64,000 nt of DNA from Eledone cirrhosa (lineage: Eukaryota), in assembly GCA_964016885.1 (NCBI GenBank), contig OZ024740.1, positions 225,680,001 through 225,744,000 on the forward strand, written 5' to 3'. Each line of letters opens with the position of its first letter. Within the stretch, counting starts at the first letter, position 1. The translations under genes were made by a program, and so were the position numbers. The notes beneath the pieces are model-generated. The model worked only from the letters and a program-made list of their open reading frames with translations. It was not told the origin of the DNA and did no database searches. Shown here piece after piece: positions 30,918 to 44,780 of the stretch.

Positions 30918-31052
30918 TTATATGTATATATATGTATGTATATATGTATATATGTATGTATATATATATATGTATGTATATATATATGTATGTATATATA
31001 TGTATATATATGTATATATATGTATGTATGTATATATGTATATATATGTATG

Positions 31053-31087
<35 letters not shown>

Positions 31088-31139
31088 ATATGTATATATA
31101 TGTATGTATATATATATATATATATGTATATATATGTAT

Positions 31140-31175
<36 letters not shown>

Positions 31176-31350
31176 GTATGTATATATGTATATATATGTA
31201 TGTATATATATATATGTATATATATGTATATATATATGTATATATATATGTATATATATATGTATATATATGTATATATATATGTATATATATATATGTA
31301 TATATATATGTATATACATGTATGTATATGTATATAAGTATGTATGTATG
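29916..31350. repeat. (TA)n/(TATG)n microsatellite
   Basis: Direct inspection. Confidence 0.97.
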
Positions 31351-31469
31351 TAAAAGGTAAACAGAAATAACAACACAATCGGTGCAGTATATGACAGGAA
31401 GAAGGTCTTAACGTTTTGGACGCTAGTCCTTCTGGTGAAGAAAGAATGAGAAATTAGAACGATTGAAGG

Positions 31470-31536
<67 letters not shown>

Positions 31537-31541
31537 GAATG

Positions 31542-31574
<33 letters not shown>

Positions 31575-31774
31575 ATATATATATGTATATATATATATAC
31601 ATATATATATATGTAACTATATATATATATAAATGTATGCATATATATATATATAGTTACATATACATATAGAGGTGTGGGTTCCACATGTATGCATGTG
31701 TGTATGTATACCTATTTTGTTTTTCTATTTGTTGTACATGTTTTGTTTTATGTGCAGTCGTGTGATATAACAAC

Positions 31775-31965
31775 TAATTGTTTCTACTTTTGGCACAAGG
31801 CCAGCAATTACACGATACATTACTGGTACTTTATTTTATCGACCCCGTAAGGATGAAAAGCAAAGTTAACCTTGGAGGGATTTGAACTCAGTCCGTAAAG
31901 GGACGTAACTCTATGCTAGAAAGCATGGCGTCCGACCCTCTACTGATACTGCCAATCCACTGCCC
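31775..31965 (-). mobile_element. SINE family 1, full length with TSD
   Basis: 14-bp direct repeat GTGTGATATAACAA at 31760-31773 and 31971-31984. Confidence 0.9.
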
Positions 31966-32349
31966 TATATGTGTGATATAACAAATAATGCTATACTTTA
32001 GGATTATCATGTTGCCAATATAAACACTTGCATGCACCCAATATAACCATTAGTTAAGTAATACATACATTTCGGTCTTAGTTTAGTAAGAAATATTTTT
32101 GAGAAGTTCACCGAACGTGTGACAAATGAGATTTGACAATTATAATGCCACCTGGTATGTTAACTATCCGATTAATGGAACTGTTACCTAGATAATAATA
32201 AAACTAAAGTGAAACCCAATTTATGTGAGTAACTTGAATGGCAGCATGACGCCGCAATAACATATAACTATATATATATACATATATATAAGGAATTCTA
32301 AGTTTGAAAGCCTCGAATTATTTATACCATACACAAAGTAATACAAATT

Positions 32350-32393
<44 letters not shown>

Positions 32394-32623
32394 TTAGGAA
32401 GAAAGTGAACAACACAACATATAACTATTCCATTTCCAAAGGTTTCTGTATCCCAGACGATATTAATATGCATCTCGATCCAGACGTATATTAATATTGT
32501 CTGAGATTCAGAAACCTTTGGGAAATGGACTAGTTATATTTTGTGTTTATTCATTTTCTAATTTAATAGCTCTGTTCTATACATAGAGCACTCTTTTTCC
32601 TCTGCTTTTCCTTCGGAATTACC

Positions 32624-32692
<69 letters not shown>

Positions 32693-32696
32693 CACA

Positions 32697-32788
<92 letters not shown>

Positions 32789-33170
32789 GATAGATATGGG
32801 ATAACAAGTTATAGGTATTCCAGTTAGAGGTTATGAGTACTCTGCGTCGTGGATAGTTTTAACGTACGGCTTTGTTTGACTCAACAAGATGCTTCCATAG
32901 TTATGCAGCGAATTCGCGGTAATTCCTATGCAGGTTATACTTGGAGTAATAATAGTGAAAGAATGAAAAGTAACATGGTTGACTGTACACTAAGGGGCTT
33001 TATTTCAAGTACTGACAATTGTTTCATTGATCAGGTGAGTCTAGAGGTTGCTAATCGCTTGAAGTTGCGTCACTCGATCTCCAATACATTATTTACCTCT
33101 GATCAACACAAACCTGAATCAACTAAATATGGCCTCCGATCTTCTATATATATATATAAATATATATATC

Positions 33171-33246
<76 letters not shown>

Positions 33247-34230
33247 TATATATATTTATTTACATGTGTGTATGTGTTTGTGTTACTGTGCCTGTTAGTG
33301 TGCTTTTTATTCTTCCAAATAAAATAGTATCAACTTACAGATTCGCAAGCTGACGAACCTATTTGTTTACATTTTTTTCTCGAACAACAATTCGAAAATT
33401 ATTAATTCTTCATTTTCTATTACACGCATTTTCTACACAACACCCATGCATGCTAAATAATGCAACAACTTAAAACACCCTACGATCCTCTTCGACACTT
33501 TGGATACTTCCAGAACACTTTTGCGTGACAAATGAGTTTAGTGTTTTATTTATTGATCGTTGGAATTCATAATATATTTGATTTGATTATACAAACTTGT
33601 ATTCAACTGTGGTTCTCTACGATTCAGCAATATGCCGTAATTGACTTAAAAGGAAGTGCCTGACATGGCTGTATAGTAAAACATGGGCGTGAAATAAGGG
33701 TTATAAAGTGGGTTGAGAAAAATCAAAGAGAGAAATGTGAAAAATAATTTACTTTCTGGTGTAGTCATTTAACAAAATCCTAATGAAGAAATTTCTTAAC
33801 TTTTGATAACTACTAAAATGCTTTAGTCACACATTAAATTTCGTTAGTTCTGTGTCTAATTGTACGCAGAGTTGTCAGATCTGACATCTTGTACGTCACA
33901 ACCAAATATGCTGAGAAACCGATCACATTTTGACTTGATTTCGTGACACAACTAAATAATATAGGCGGATCATTCTAATGTCGCGAAAGTCTTTTTAAAT
34001 GAATCAAATATTTTCTCACACCTGTGATTAGCATAGTAAAAATACATTAGTTACTATGCTAATAATTAAAAGAAAAGTTTAGCTCATAACCGTAATTTTA
34101 TTTTTTATTTTAGCTATGGTTTTATTATGTCAATTATATTTTACAAACAGAAGTTATACGATGATGGAAATAGTAAAATAAGGTAAAAAAACAAAACAAA
34201 GTTAAGTAATGAGAAAGCAAGAGGGGAAAG

Positions 34231-34602
34231 TGTAAAGACGGGCAAATATGGCTGTATAGGAAAGTAGAGGAAAGGGCTATAAATGCCTTAAATGAGAAGA
34301 AAAGGAGAGAAAGAGTAAGGGATATTAGGCAGCGAGAGAAAGAGAGGAGGAAGGGAAGATGGTGTCAGACTGTGCCTACGCCGGGGCGGTGTTTCAGCTG
34401 CACCCCACAGACAAAATTGCAAAGGCATTTCCGCGGATAATGGCTAACGGCATTCGCTGCAACAACCGTCCTACCGCTCGGGGCTTATTCCTCAGACGAG
34501 CTACTGACGTTCCGATATTACTGAGGAACTCGACTGTACAGGGTCCGAGGACGCCAAGGTTTCGACGGTGACCGTTTATTAAAATTGTTGTATTCATTGA
34601 CA
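34231..34602 (+). mobile_element. Probable solo LTR
   Basis: TGT...ACA ends, TATAAAT near 34278, ATTAAA near 34578, imperfect 4-bp flanks AAAG/ATAG, paralog at 28026-28330. Confidence 0.55.
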
Positions 34603-34617
34603 ATAGTGAATTTATAT

Positions 34618-34700
34618 GAAGGCGCATCGCTTAGTACTTAAAGCGTTAGACTTTAAATCGTGAGGTTGTGAGTTCGATTCCCGGACTGAGGGATGCGTCG

Positions 34701-34757
<57 letters not shown>

Positions 34758-35095
34758 GGCACATGGCTTAGTGGTTAGAGCATTGGGCTTGCAATCGAAA
34801 GGTTGTGAGTTCAATTCTCGGACCGGGTGATGTGTTGTGTCCTTGAGCAAGACACTTTATTTCACGTTGCTCCAGTTCACTCAGCTGTAAACAACATCGT
34901 TGGCATGGAGAAAGGTGAGACTTGAATGCATGGGCGATTGCTGGTCTTCCATTAATACACCGTGTCCAGTCTTGTGCCTCCGAGGGGAAGTTTCTCGTTG
35001 TAAACACCAGGGCCATTAGTGTCCGAAGAGGGTTATTACCCTTTAGTCAATATATTAGTTTTTGTTTAGCTCTAGATCGAACAAACCAATTTCAA
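34618..35095 (+). mobile_element. tRNA-derived CORE-type SINE (head-only copy 34618-34703, full copy from 34755)
   Basis: A box TGGCTTAGTGG, B box GAGTTCAATTC, CORE-like TGTGTCCTTGAGCAAGACACTT. Confidence 0.8.
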
Positions 35096-35113
35096 AGACA
35101 TTATTTATTTAAA

Positions 35114-35500
35114 GGGCGGTGAATTGGCAGTATCGGTAGAGGGTTGGAAACCATGCTTTGAAGCATAGAGATTCGGCCCTTGCCATTCTGAGTTCAAATC
35201 CCGCCGAGGTTAACTTTGCCTTTCATCCTTACGGGGTCGATAAAATAAAGTACTAGTAATGTACTGGGTAATTGCTGGCCTTGTGCCAATAGTAGAAACA
35301 ATTATTTATTTATTGTGTATCGGCAGTATCGTTAAAGGGTCGGGCGCCATGCTTTGTAGCATAGAGTTAATCCCCTTTACGGTCTGAGTTCAAATCCCGC
35401 CGAGGTTAACTTTGTCTTTCATCCTTACGGGGTCGATAACATAAAGTACCAGTAATGTACCGGGATAATTACTGGCCTTATGCCAAAATTAAAACAATTA
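35114..35500 (+). mobile_element. Two tandem SINE family 1 copies (35114-35304, 35319-35500)
   Basis: Both carry A/B boxes, central domain and tail. Confidence 0.88.
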
Positions 35501-36423
35501 TTTATTTCTTGCATATCAATACAGAACGTAAAGACCGAACAACAGAAATATCGTGACTTTAATATTGTAGTGTCTCGTAAGCTTCATTTGAGAGATAATT
35601 TTGTAAAATTTCTCACTTAGACTGTTTGTCTATTGCTAGGTGCCCCCTCTCCTCTGGCTACTCACCACCACTCCCTCCTACAGTTCTCTAACGTCTTAAC
35701 TTTAACTCTTGTAATAAACTATAAGTTATCTCCCTCTCCTCTCAGTTTAAAAAAGCACTTGCCTCTCCTTTTCACTCCTCCATATATGTGTGACGGACAG
35801 ACAGACAGAGAAACAGCTTTTCTTTTATAATATAAATTGAATATACAGAGAATATTATGTAATGGTGCAGATCTGGCAGTTACTGTTCAATAAACTTTAG
35901 ATAACTCATGATTCAGCACCAGATTTAGAGCATCATTAAATTTATTGCTTATATAAAGAGTTAATACATACACACTGTGATGGATTACATAATTTCCCTC
36001 GAACATTATTTGATTGTCTCTTCAATCTTTTGTATTCACGATAATTATAACATTGCACATCAGTACGTTGAAATCAATAGACATCTGATATAGCAATGTT
36101 TCGTGATTCAGCAAGATTATCCCAGAGCACGTCATAAAAACTGCCCCCACATCGAACTGGTAGGTACCTTAGATAATCCTGACCCCGTACAAGTATGTAA
36201 ATGGGATGCAACAACACCACAACATTAGCAAAACATTGTTGGCACTGCCTAGGTATATATTGCGCACAGTGTGACGTATTTATTAGAAAGAGGTTCGAAG
36301 ACACTTATAAAAAAATATACTGTGAGAAAATATTCAAAGTGTAGTGGAAATAAAGAATGCATAAAGATATGAATGCACATTACTCATTATTAAGTTCCAA
36401 TCTCAAACTTCAACGGTAACACA

Positions 36424-36620
36424 CGAGTGTCGGCGGAAAAGCTCATTGGCTAACCAGGATTCTTTCATGGAATAACGAAATGAGGCTTATTTTCAACATA
36501 GTCCCTAGAAGGAAACAATGCAGCTTTTAATAAGAAGAGTTGAAATTAATGCATGCACGATTTTACAGCACTAGCATCACTCCTTCATTCTCAGCTTATG
36601 AACGTTTTAGACTACCCTCG
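36424..36620. mobile_element. Tc1/mariner MITE
   Basis: Imperfect TIRs CGAGTGTCGGCGGAAAAGCTCATTGGCT / AGCTTATGAACGTTTTAGACTACCCTCG followed by TA. Confidence 0.65.
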
Positions 36621-36864
36621 TAGGTTAGTTAATACAACATGATCTAATTCCAATAGTTAAAAGTCAACGATGGCACCGGGATTTAAACTCAGATCACAAA
36701 AATAAGTTTCTAAGTAACGCAAGTAACCATTAATTTAGTCTTTGTTTGGCTTATACTTTTATCGCGTTTATCTTTCCCGTAGAAAACGAAGCATTTGTCA
36801 TTATCATTATTATTATGAACTGAAATAATTACTGGCCTTGAGCCAAAAGTACAAAAAATTATCA

Positions 36865-37220
36865 TGGATTGGCAGTATCAGTGGAGGGTCGGACGCCATG
36901 CTTTCCAGCATAGTTACGTCCCTTTACGATCTGAGTTCAAATCCCGCCGAGGTTGACTTTGCCTTTCATCCTTACGGGGTCGATAAAATAAAGTACCAGT
37001 AATGCACTGAGTATTTGCTGGCCTTGTGCCTAAAGTAGAAACAATTATTATTATTTTCAGGATGGCTTTACCGTCTGTCCTCAAATCTGACAGGGGTCAA
37101 CTTTGTCTTTCATTCTTCTGATGTCAATAAAATAATGTATCGCTCAAGTACTGGGGTCGATCCAATCTACTTTCCCTTTCCCTAATTTGTTGGACTTTTG
37201 CCAAAATTAGAAATCATTAT
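36865..37220 (+). mobile_element. SINE family 1 (36865-37053) followed by an older SINE fragment
   Basis: Family consensus motifs. Confidence 0.82.
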
Positions 37221-38980
37221 TTCTGAGTTTGTGAATTAGCAAATTAGCAGAGATAGCAAAATATCGGAAAATAAACGCCCTCCAGAATGTAAATTCTTGC
37301 TTTTAATTTGTGGGCTCAAACCGCACCAAAACATTTTTACCTTTTATCTCTCGGAAAGGAGAGATACAATAACGTAATTATGATAATGGGGACAATTCAG
37401 ATGCCGGTATTATTCTTCAATGATAACATTCCATGTTATTCCTAACGGATGTTAACTTAGATATGTGGACAAACATCTATAGTATGTGCGTGAGTGGAGT
37501 CACTGATCAAATCGAGTATTTATTTGATACTTAATTTATTGATCACGGAAAGATGAAAGACAAAATCAATTTCAATGGGATTGGAACACAGAACGGAACG
37601 AAACGTAACTAAACCCTGCAAGACATTTAATACCACTTCCACCTCTCTGGTTTTTTTCTGTCTCTTGTGGATGCAGTTTGGCCGAATTCTTATGACGTGT
37701 CACCTTGATATTAGGTTCTGGATTCGATCCTACTGTGCCACAACATAGGCAAGTGTCATTTACAATAGCCTTGGGCCAACACATGTCATGTGAATGTAAC
37801 CGAGTAAACAAAAACTGTTTAGAAGCACATATAATGGTCTGTAACTGTAATTTAAAGGACCAGCATTGTCTCATTCAATGTCATTCTGAATCACCCTGAG
37901 AATTATGTTACTGGCACATGTCTATGAAATGCTTAGTCTCTTAGTGTTAGATTTCATTCGCAAGTAATTCCGTTGATCTAACAACTGCAAAACGCATTGT
38001 CGAACCCAATAAAGATACATTCCATTGCTCTTGGATATTATTACAGCCTTGGCAGAAGCTTATAAGAGTTTGGTGTTATCGTTTCATGGATTTAAATGAG
38101 CAGGAAATGAATACTCTCTTCAGCGTGTAGCTTCTCTCACAACAGCAGGATGCCCCCCCTCTTCATGCTAACATTTAAATGTGCAAGTAAGAGAGCAACG
38201 TAGTAGGTTACAACTACTTGCCAGGTTCCCACAAAATGCGGAATTTGACCCCAGGATGAAAAGACCCAGAATATACATTTCAAAGCATAGTCCGGTGCAC
38301 TCACAATTCCACAAATCTACTGACAAAGTACGAAATGTAAAGTTGACTTGAACTCAAAACATAGGGACCCGGAACAAATACCATAAGGCATTAAATCCGA
38401 CACCTTAATACACCGCCTTTAAATAATAATTATCATCAATTATTTATATCAATATGCAAATAATTCCTTGTATTGATAACTCAGACACAATGAAATGTCC
38501 ACAGGTGATTTGAAAGCAAAATCTGTGAAATGCTTGTCTAAATTATTTCCCATTCAGCTATCACATATCTGTAATTATCACTACTGTCATTCTTCTCCTT
38601 GTCATCAGTGATATCATGACTCATCCCTGGCTGGAGTATCATGGTTCAACGGAGAAATTAGTCATTTGAGTCAAACATTAGTCATATTTTTGAGTGAACC
38701 TTTCTTTCAAGATATCAATGCCAAGAAATGTGGACATCTTCTTTGAAATACCATGCATCCAGTTAAAGTATTTAAGCACATATTTCTATTAATTTCCTAT
38801 CTTCTACATTATATTGATGTCGGTCAACATCAGCAATATTCAATACCCAAATCCATGAACATATTTTACTTTTTTTAAACATAAAGCATTCAAATCTACA
38901 TAGCTTTTCTGACTGTGTTGGTCAATGAGAGTGTCATGGTGAAGTTCAGAAAGTTAAAATTCAAACAATAAATTTTAAAC

Positions 38981-39021
<41 letters not shown>

Positions 39022-39027
<6 letters not shown>

Positions 39028-39138
39028 ATACTTTGGGAGGGTCATGTTTCCAATAAGAAACACACGCACCAGTTGCTTTCACTTCAATTTATTATAATAA
39101 ATTTATAAATTTAGGAATTTATAAATTTCCGGTTGGTT
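39022..39138 (-). mobile_element. Penelope pLTR 3' tip
   Basis: Matches 60156-60280 and the reverse of 63703-63775; (TA)n flanks. Confidence 0.85.
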
Positions 39139-39150
39139 ATATATATATAT

Positions 39151-39755
39151 ATGAAATATAAGAATCAAAGAACTGTTCAAAACATTGTTATGCCTACAAC
39201 TGTTTCCTCCAAACCGAGGTTTGGATTCTTCGGAGCAATTTATTAATGAATGAACACTTATATGACCTCCTTTTCACCCAAGAGACATACACTCTTGTTT
39301 ACCTACTTAAGTGCTTATACTACACGTAACTCTCTGCCACACTATATAAACAAGACGCACGTGCTTGCCACACATATAACATTTGCACTATATAACCGCT
39401 TATTTTCATGTTATATTTTAACCTGTATTTTTGATTGTATCTTTTAATATGAATGTAATCTCTAAGTGTGTGCTGCCACTCTTAATGCTGTAATGAATGT
39501 TGACCCACAATATTTGCATATGTATCTGTATGTCTCTTGGGTGAAAAGGGGGTCATATAAGTGTTTATTTATTAATAAATTGCTCCGAAGAATCCAAACC
39601 TCGGTTTGGAGGAAACAGTTGTAAGCATAAAAATGTTTTGAACAGTTCTTTGATTCTTATATTTCATATAACTGCTCTGTAAATCATCTGATGTTTTTAC
39701 ATTGAGCTACTTAACTTACTGGTAATAAGGTAGTAATATATTACTACCTACCACT
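39151..39755 (+). mobile_element. ORF-less HHR element with 5' inverted arm
   Basis: 39151-39288 is an inverted copy of ~39527-39669. Confidence 0.75.
39581..39627 (+). ncRNA. Type I hammerhead ribozyme, U4C core variant (mirror copy 39191-39237 minus)
   Basis: TGCT-CCGAAGA-a-TCCAAACC-tc-GGTTTGGA-g-GAAA-CAGTTG-TA-AGCA. Confidence 0.72.
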
Positions 39756-40105
39756 ATTTAGGGTTTGTATAAAAATATATATAACTGCAAAAGGTTTTTG
39801 TATTTACATAACCATAAATAGTATAATTAATACTAATTAATACTATATATATATATATATATATATACAAATATAAATTCAGCGACAATCTCATTTCGGT
39901 CGGTAGAAAAAGCGAAATGAAACGCAAAATCAGAGTTATGCTGGCAAGCGCTCCATAGTTAAAAAACGAGAGGTAAACATACATGTTAAAATGCCATACA
40001 AACTGAAAAAGTGGTCAAGAAAGCATTAACCACCTAAGCCAAAAAAACAAGTCAAGCTAAACAGGTAAAACAAAATAAATGATAAAATCATATATATATA
40101 TACCT

Positions 40106-40136
<31 letters not shown>

Positions 40137-40524
40137 TATATATATATATCAAAGGTATATATTGAGTTAGGAACTCAAAATAGTCTCTTACAATAAAATA
40201 GCTCTGTGATTGGTAGTTACCACAATTCCGGTTTGTATTTATTATCTTGATTTTTTCTTAAATTGAGCCAGGCAACCCCTATTGTCTATAGTTAGTATTC
40301 TTTTCCCCTTAGCGAATCTGGTCCCTTGCGATTTGAACACATATGTATATATGTGTGTTCGTTTTTCTTTTATATTCAATTATATATATGTATGTATATA
40401 TATAAACATTACTTTGTTTTGTTTTATTTGTCATCATTTCTCATTCGTGTTAATCTATCGCAATGTACTGGCTTTATAAAAATCTTGTTCTTTTATTACC
40501 TATATCAAAATGCTTCGTATTAAC

Positions 40525-40625
<101 letters not shown>

Positions 40626-40629
40626 ACAC

Positions 40630-40693
<64 letters not shown>

Positions 40694-40704
40694 GTATGTG
40701 TATA

Positions 40705-40883
40705 GGGCGGTGGATTGGCAGTATCAGTAGAGCGTCGGACAAATCCCTTTGTGGTATTTCTTTAAGATCCCGCCTAGTTCAATTTAGCCTTTCATCCATC
40801 ATGGGATCGATAAACTAAAGTAACGGTTAAGTATTGGGGCCAATATAATCGATATTTCCCCTTCTCAAAATTACTGACCTCTT
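40705..40883 (+). mobile_element. SINE family 1 relative, internally deleted
   Basis: Head, central domain and tail recognisable. Confidence 0.7.
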
Positions 40884-41419
40884 GCCAGTTTTAGAAATGA
40901 TTACATATACACACATATATATATACTAAAAACTACTAATGTTGAGAGCTTTCTCCAGCTTGCCCTGTTTTTAACAAAATAATCTCTTCGGAACACATAC
41001 GGTTCCAGCACTTTTGAGCACTGTGAGACTAAGCAGCTGAAAATATGATGCAATCATTTAATGGAACATTAGCATTATTATTTTTGCTATTATGTATATG
41101 TGTGTGTGTGTATAATATATATATATATATACTATATATATATATATATTATACACACACACACATATATATAATAGCAAAAATAATAATGTAATATGAG
41201 TATTTTAAACTTTATTTTATCATGAGTTAAGGCTCTATTGATTTTTCCCTGGATTTCACTAAACTCTGTGGATGAATTTATATCCTGATTCTCTTTGAGA
41301 TGAGTTTGAATTATTTTTCCCACATCTTACGTTAACTATTTTTCCCATTTTGACGCTATAGTCACTTATATATTATGTAATACTGTTGGCTTCTTGCTTC
41401 AATGTTTTCTATACCTTTC

Positions 41420-41453
<34 letters not shown>

Positions 41454-41459
<6 letters not shown>

Positions 41460-42070
41460 ATACTTGGGGAGGGTCATATTTGTGTAATATTGCCAGAATT
41501 AATAACAGAACACACTCACTGTTTGGTTGATTTTCGCTTCTCGCTGTCTTTTATATCTGTAATCTAGCTTACTCGGTCCTCAATGTTGCCATTGACTGAC
41601 CGACGGTAAAAAATAATACAGATACAATATAGACACAAACACATATATATAGTTTACATAATTTACATAAATCTTTCGTTGCACATCTGCAACATCGTCA
41701 GTGGTGTTATATTTTCCTCCTGTTGTGTTGCATGTCTACGCCATTTTTTAATCAGTCTGTCTATATATTTATTTATTTATTTGCTTGTTTGTTTATTTTA
41801 TTTTGTCTTCTTTGCGCATGCGTTTGCGTGTGTGTGTAGTGTTATGTTTGCTGTGTGACTAGTGTGTATAGGGTATGTTTGCTGGGTGACTAATGTGTGT
41901 TTATGTGCTTGTTGTTATTGTGCTTGTGTATGTATTTATTTATCTTATTTTATTTACTTATTTATACTTCTCTTAGGTCAGTGTTGTTTGGAATAACAAC
42001 AACACCCAAACAAACAACACTGACCTAAGAGAAGTATAAATAAGTAAATAAAATAAGATAAATAAATACA
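41454..42070 (-). mobile_element. pLTR of a second Penelope-like family with 60-bp 5' inversion
   Basis: Terminus ATTGTTATACTTGGGAGGGTCAT shared with family 1; HHR core CTGACGA-t-GTTGCA-gatg-TGCAAC-GAAA at 41665-41704 (weak stem I); perfect IR 41931-41990 / 42011-42070. Confidence 0.75.
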
Positions 42071-42689
42071 TAAAAAATCAAATTCTAATTTTGCTTTTAA
42101 TTTTCAGCAAAGCCGGCCGTAAAGTCGCTCGGTATGTTAATTAGGTTAATCAGTCGATGTATTCTTTACAGAATACTATATATTCTCAAGAGTTCTAGTG
42201 ACAGAAAAGAGATATATAATCTTGTCAAAGATACCCAGAAATAACGTAGTCGATTGTTTCTCTGTACTACCGCTAGAACAAAAAAATGGCAATGGTTATC
42301 TAAAAAAACACAGCATACTGAGACTGTTTGCTTGCAAACGAATCGAATATTATTATTATTCGATATAAAACTCACGACTACATTTACGTATCCGCTATGT
42401 TAGAGCGGAAAAAACCAAGTTCAAATAGTGTTGTTTTTTTTTTATTTTATTTTTGTTATCATTTCTGATTTCAAATGTTTCAAGTATTAATGCTAGTGAA
42501 TATTCTACCCCACCCGCCCGTTTCTAATATAGTCCTCATCTTTAATCGATAGTAATGTTTATGATGAAAAGCGAACTGTGAAATGTTTTTCGTCTTCCGG
42601 TGGAATGACAAAAACAGAACTAAACTATTATTGAAACATGTTGCAGATATTTTTCGCAGGGATCTTTTTACTCAATAATACATACTACA

Positions 42690-42880
42690 GTGGATTGGCA
42701 GTATCGGTAGAGGGGCGGACACTATGCTTTGACGCATAGAGTTACCCCCCTTGCCATTCTGAGTTCAAATCGCGCGAAGGTTAACTTTGCCTTTCATCCT
42801 TACGGGGTCGATAAAATAAAGTACCAGTAATGTACTGGATAATTGCTGGCCTTGTGCCAAAAGTAGAAACAATTATTATT
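42690..42880 (+). mobile_element. SINE family 1, full length
   Basis: Family consensus motifs. Confidence 0.88.
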
Positions 42881-44573
42881 AACATTTTTAGTGATTTACA
42901 TTGAAGATAATACTGCAAAAATATTTACAATACTGGTAATAATATGTGAAATATATTTTCATTCTATTCCAGCTTCTATTAGTCTTATCCTACATCTTTA
43001 ATTGCAAGGTTGTCTAAGCAGAGAAAAGGTGGCAGTCTAATTTTGCACAGTCAAGAAGGAAAATACAATTAAATCCACGAAAGTGAATATAACGCAAAAA
43101 TAAAAGAAATTATTTAAAAAAACACAAAAAATGATATGTTATTAGATTTTGTTGTGAATGTATTCCAACCTCATTTTTTATTATCTACGTCTAATAATTC
43201 TTCTAGAGAACATCGATGAAATTTGATGAAATTTTCAACCAAATGATTTTCTTTGTGGCTTTTCTTCTAAATTCTGAAAATATACAAAAGTATTGAGATT
43301 CCCACGCTAACAAAAAGTAAATGAAATTAAAAATGTAGAAAAACGTTAAGTATATATAAAAATATAAAATTGGCAACCTTTTCAGTGTATTTCAACATTG
43401 TGTTTGTGATGTGATTGGTTTAGAAATGTTTATTTATTTATTTATTCTCCCTCTTTTCCATCTCTTTATTTCCTTATTCTTTCGTATTTGCAGTGCAGAT
43501 TTATTGAGACTGCATTGTGCTAAGTTCTTTACTCATTCAATAAAACTTCATCTGAAAGCAGCTTATCAATATAATGTTGGTCTACTTTTCAGATTTTTCA
43601 ATAAACTGAAACTCATTACCATAAAAAAACAGAACAAAAATTGTTATGGTATGGCTATCTGCAATCAACTAAAATGATTAGTGTTAAGCAAGCAATTTTG
43701 AAGTCAATAAGTATGAATAGCCGAAAAGCTGTTTAATATATAAAACTATGATTGGGGTTGTGATAGAACGATGTGTGAAATCATATACAAATAGTACAAA
43801 TATCAATGGATAAATCATGTTATGTTACGTGGGTTGAGAGGATGTTAGTTTGAAAACATATTCAAATAAACGTAAACGTGACAAGGTACTACCGCGCATC
43901 AACGACTTCCTATACTACCTTAAAACACATACATGTTCGAATATTATTTTTGTAAGCCATTACTGTTATAAGACGCACTACCAAAATCAGTAAAACCAAT
44001 GTTATTGTCAGAATTCAAACACTGTTTTCTCTGTTCCACTTGAAAATTAGAATATACTCAGAGTGGTTCACATGACACTTTCTAATACCACCTAAGTAAT
44101 CTGGATCAATTCATAAGAAGACCAAAATAATCCGCTGTATGAAACAAAAAGTCTAGCTATTATTCACGCGACAAATTATGGGAAATCTATCAAACTAGCA
44201 ATGCTATAGTATTGTCCTGAAAATCTAATGGTTGAATGTCCAGTCCCGATCTGGGGGTTTTATTTATAACTCTGGAAATAGTTTCTATATTCCAAAGAAT
44301 ATTTAAACGTGTTATCAGTGTAAAATAGAAATATTTCACGAATAACACGTTTAAAAGAGCAGTTGGTACTACTTTGTCATTTTACCGCGGTAATGTAGTG
44401 AACTAGGGATTGGACCAGAGTTTCTTAACCGGTACCCTAGGGTTCCACGAAAAACAGCGATAAATAATCTAATGCATTTTTGAATAATTTTTATTTAATT
44501 TTATATTCGTAATTTTACTACACACGTACGGCATACTGTTAGGAAATATTTGGTTATTATAATAAAGGCTTCA

Positions 44574-44780
44574 GGGCTGTAGATTGGCAGTATCGACAGA
44601 GCATCGGACACCATGTATCGTGGCATAGAGTTACGGTCCTTTACGTTCTGAGTTTAAATCCTGCCTTACGCGGTCGAGAAAATAAAGTACCAGTAATGCA
44701 CTGGGGTTGATTTAATTGACTTTTTCCACCCCCACCCCCTCCCAAATTGCTGGCCTTGTGTCCAAATCTGAAACAATTAT
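44574..44780 (+). mobile_element. SINE family 1 relative
   Basis: Head, partly deleted central domain, tail. Confidence 0.75.

Noticed and set aside
32849-33040. Possible exon ending CAG/GTGAGT
   Set aside because: No recognisable domain; a donor motif alone is insufficient
34360-34455. HDV-like ribozyme fold (GGCTAA motif, P1/P2/P3-like pairings)
   Set aside because: L3 too long, no P1.1, and the paralog at 28 kb lacks this segment
34755-34830. tRNA gene
   Set aside because: A/B boxes run into a SINE core; acceptor stem not formed
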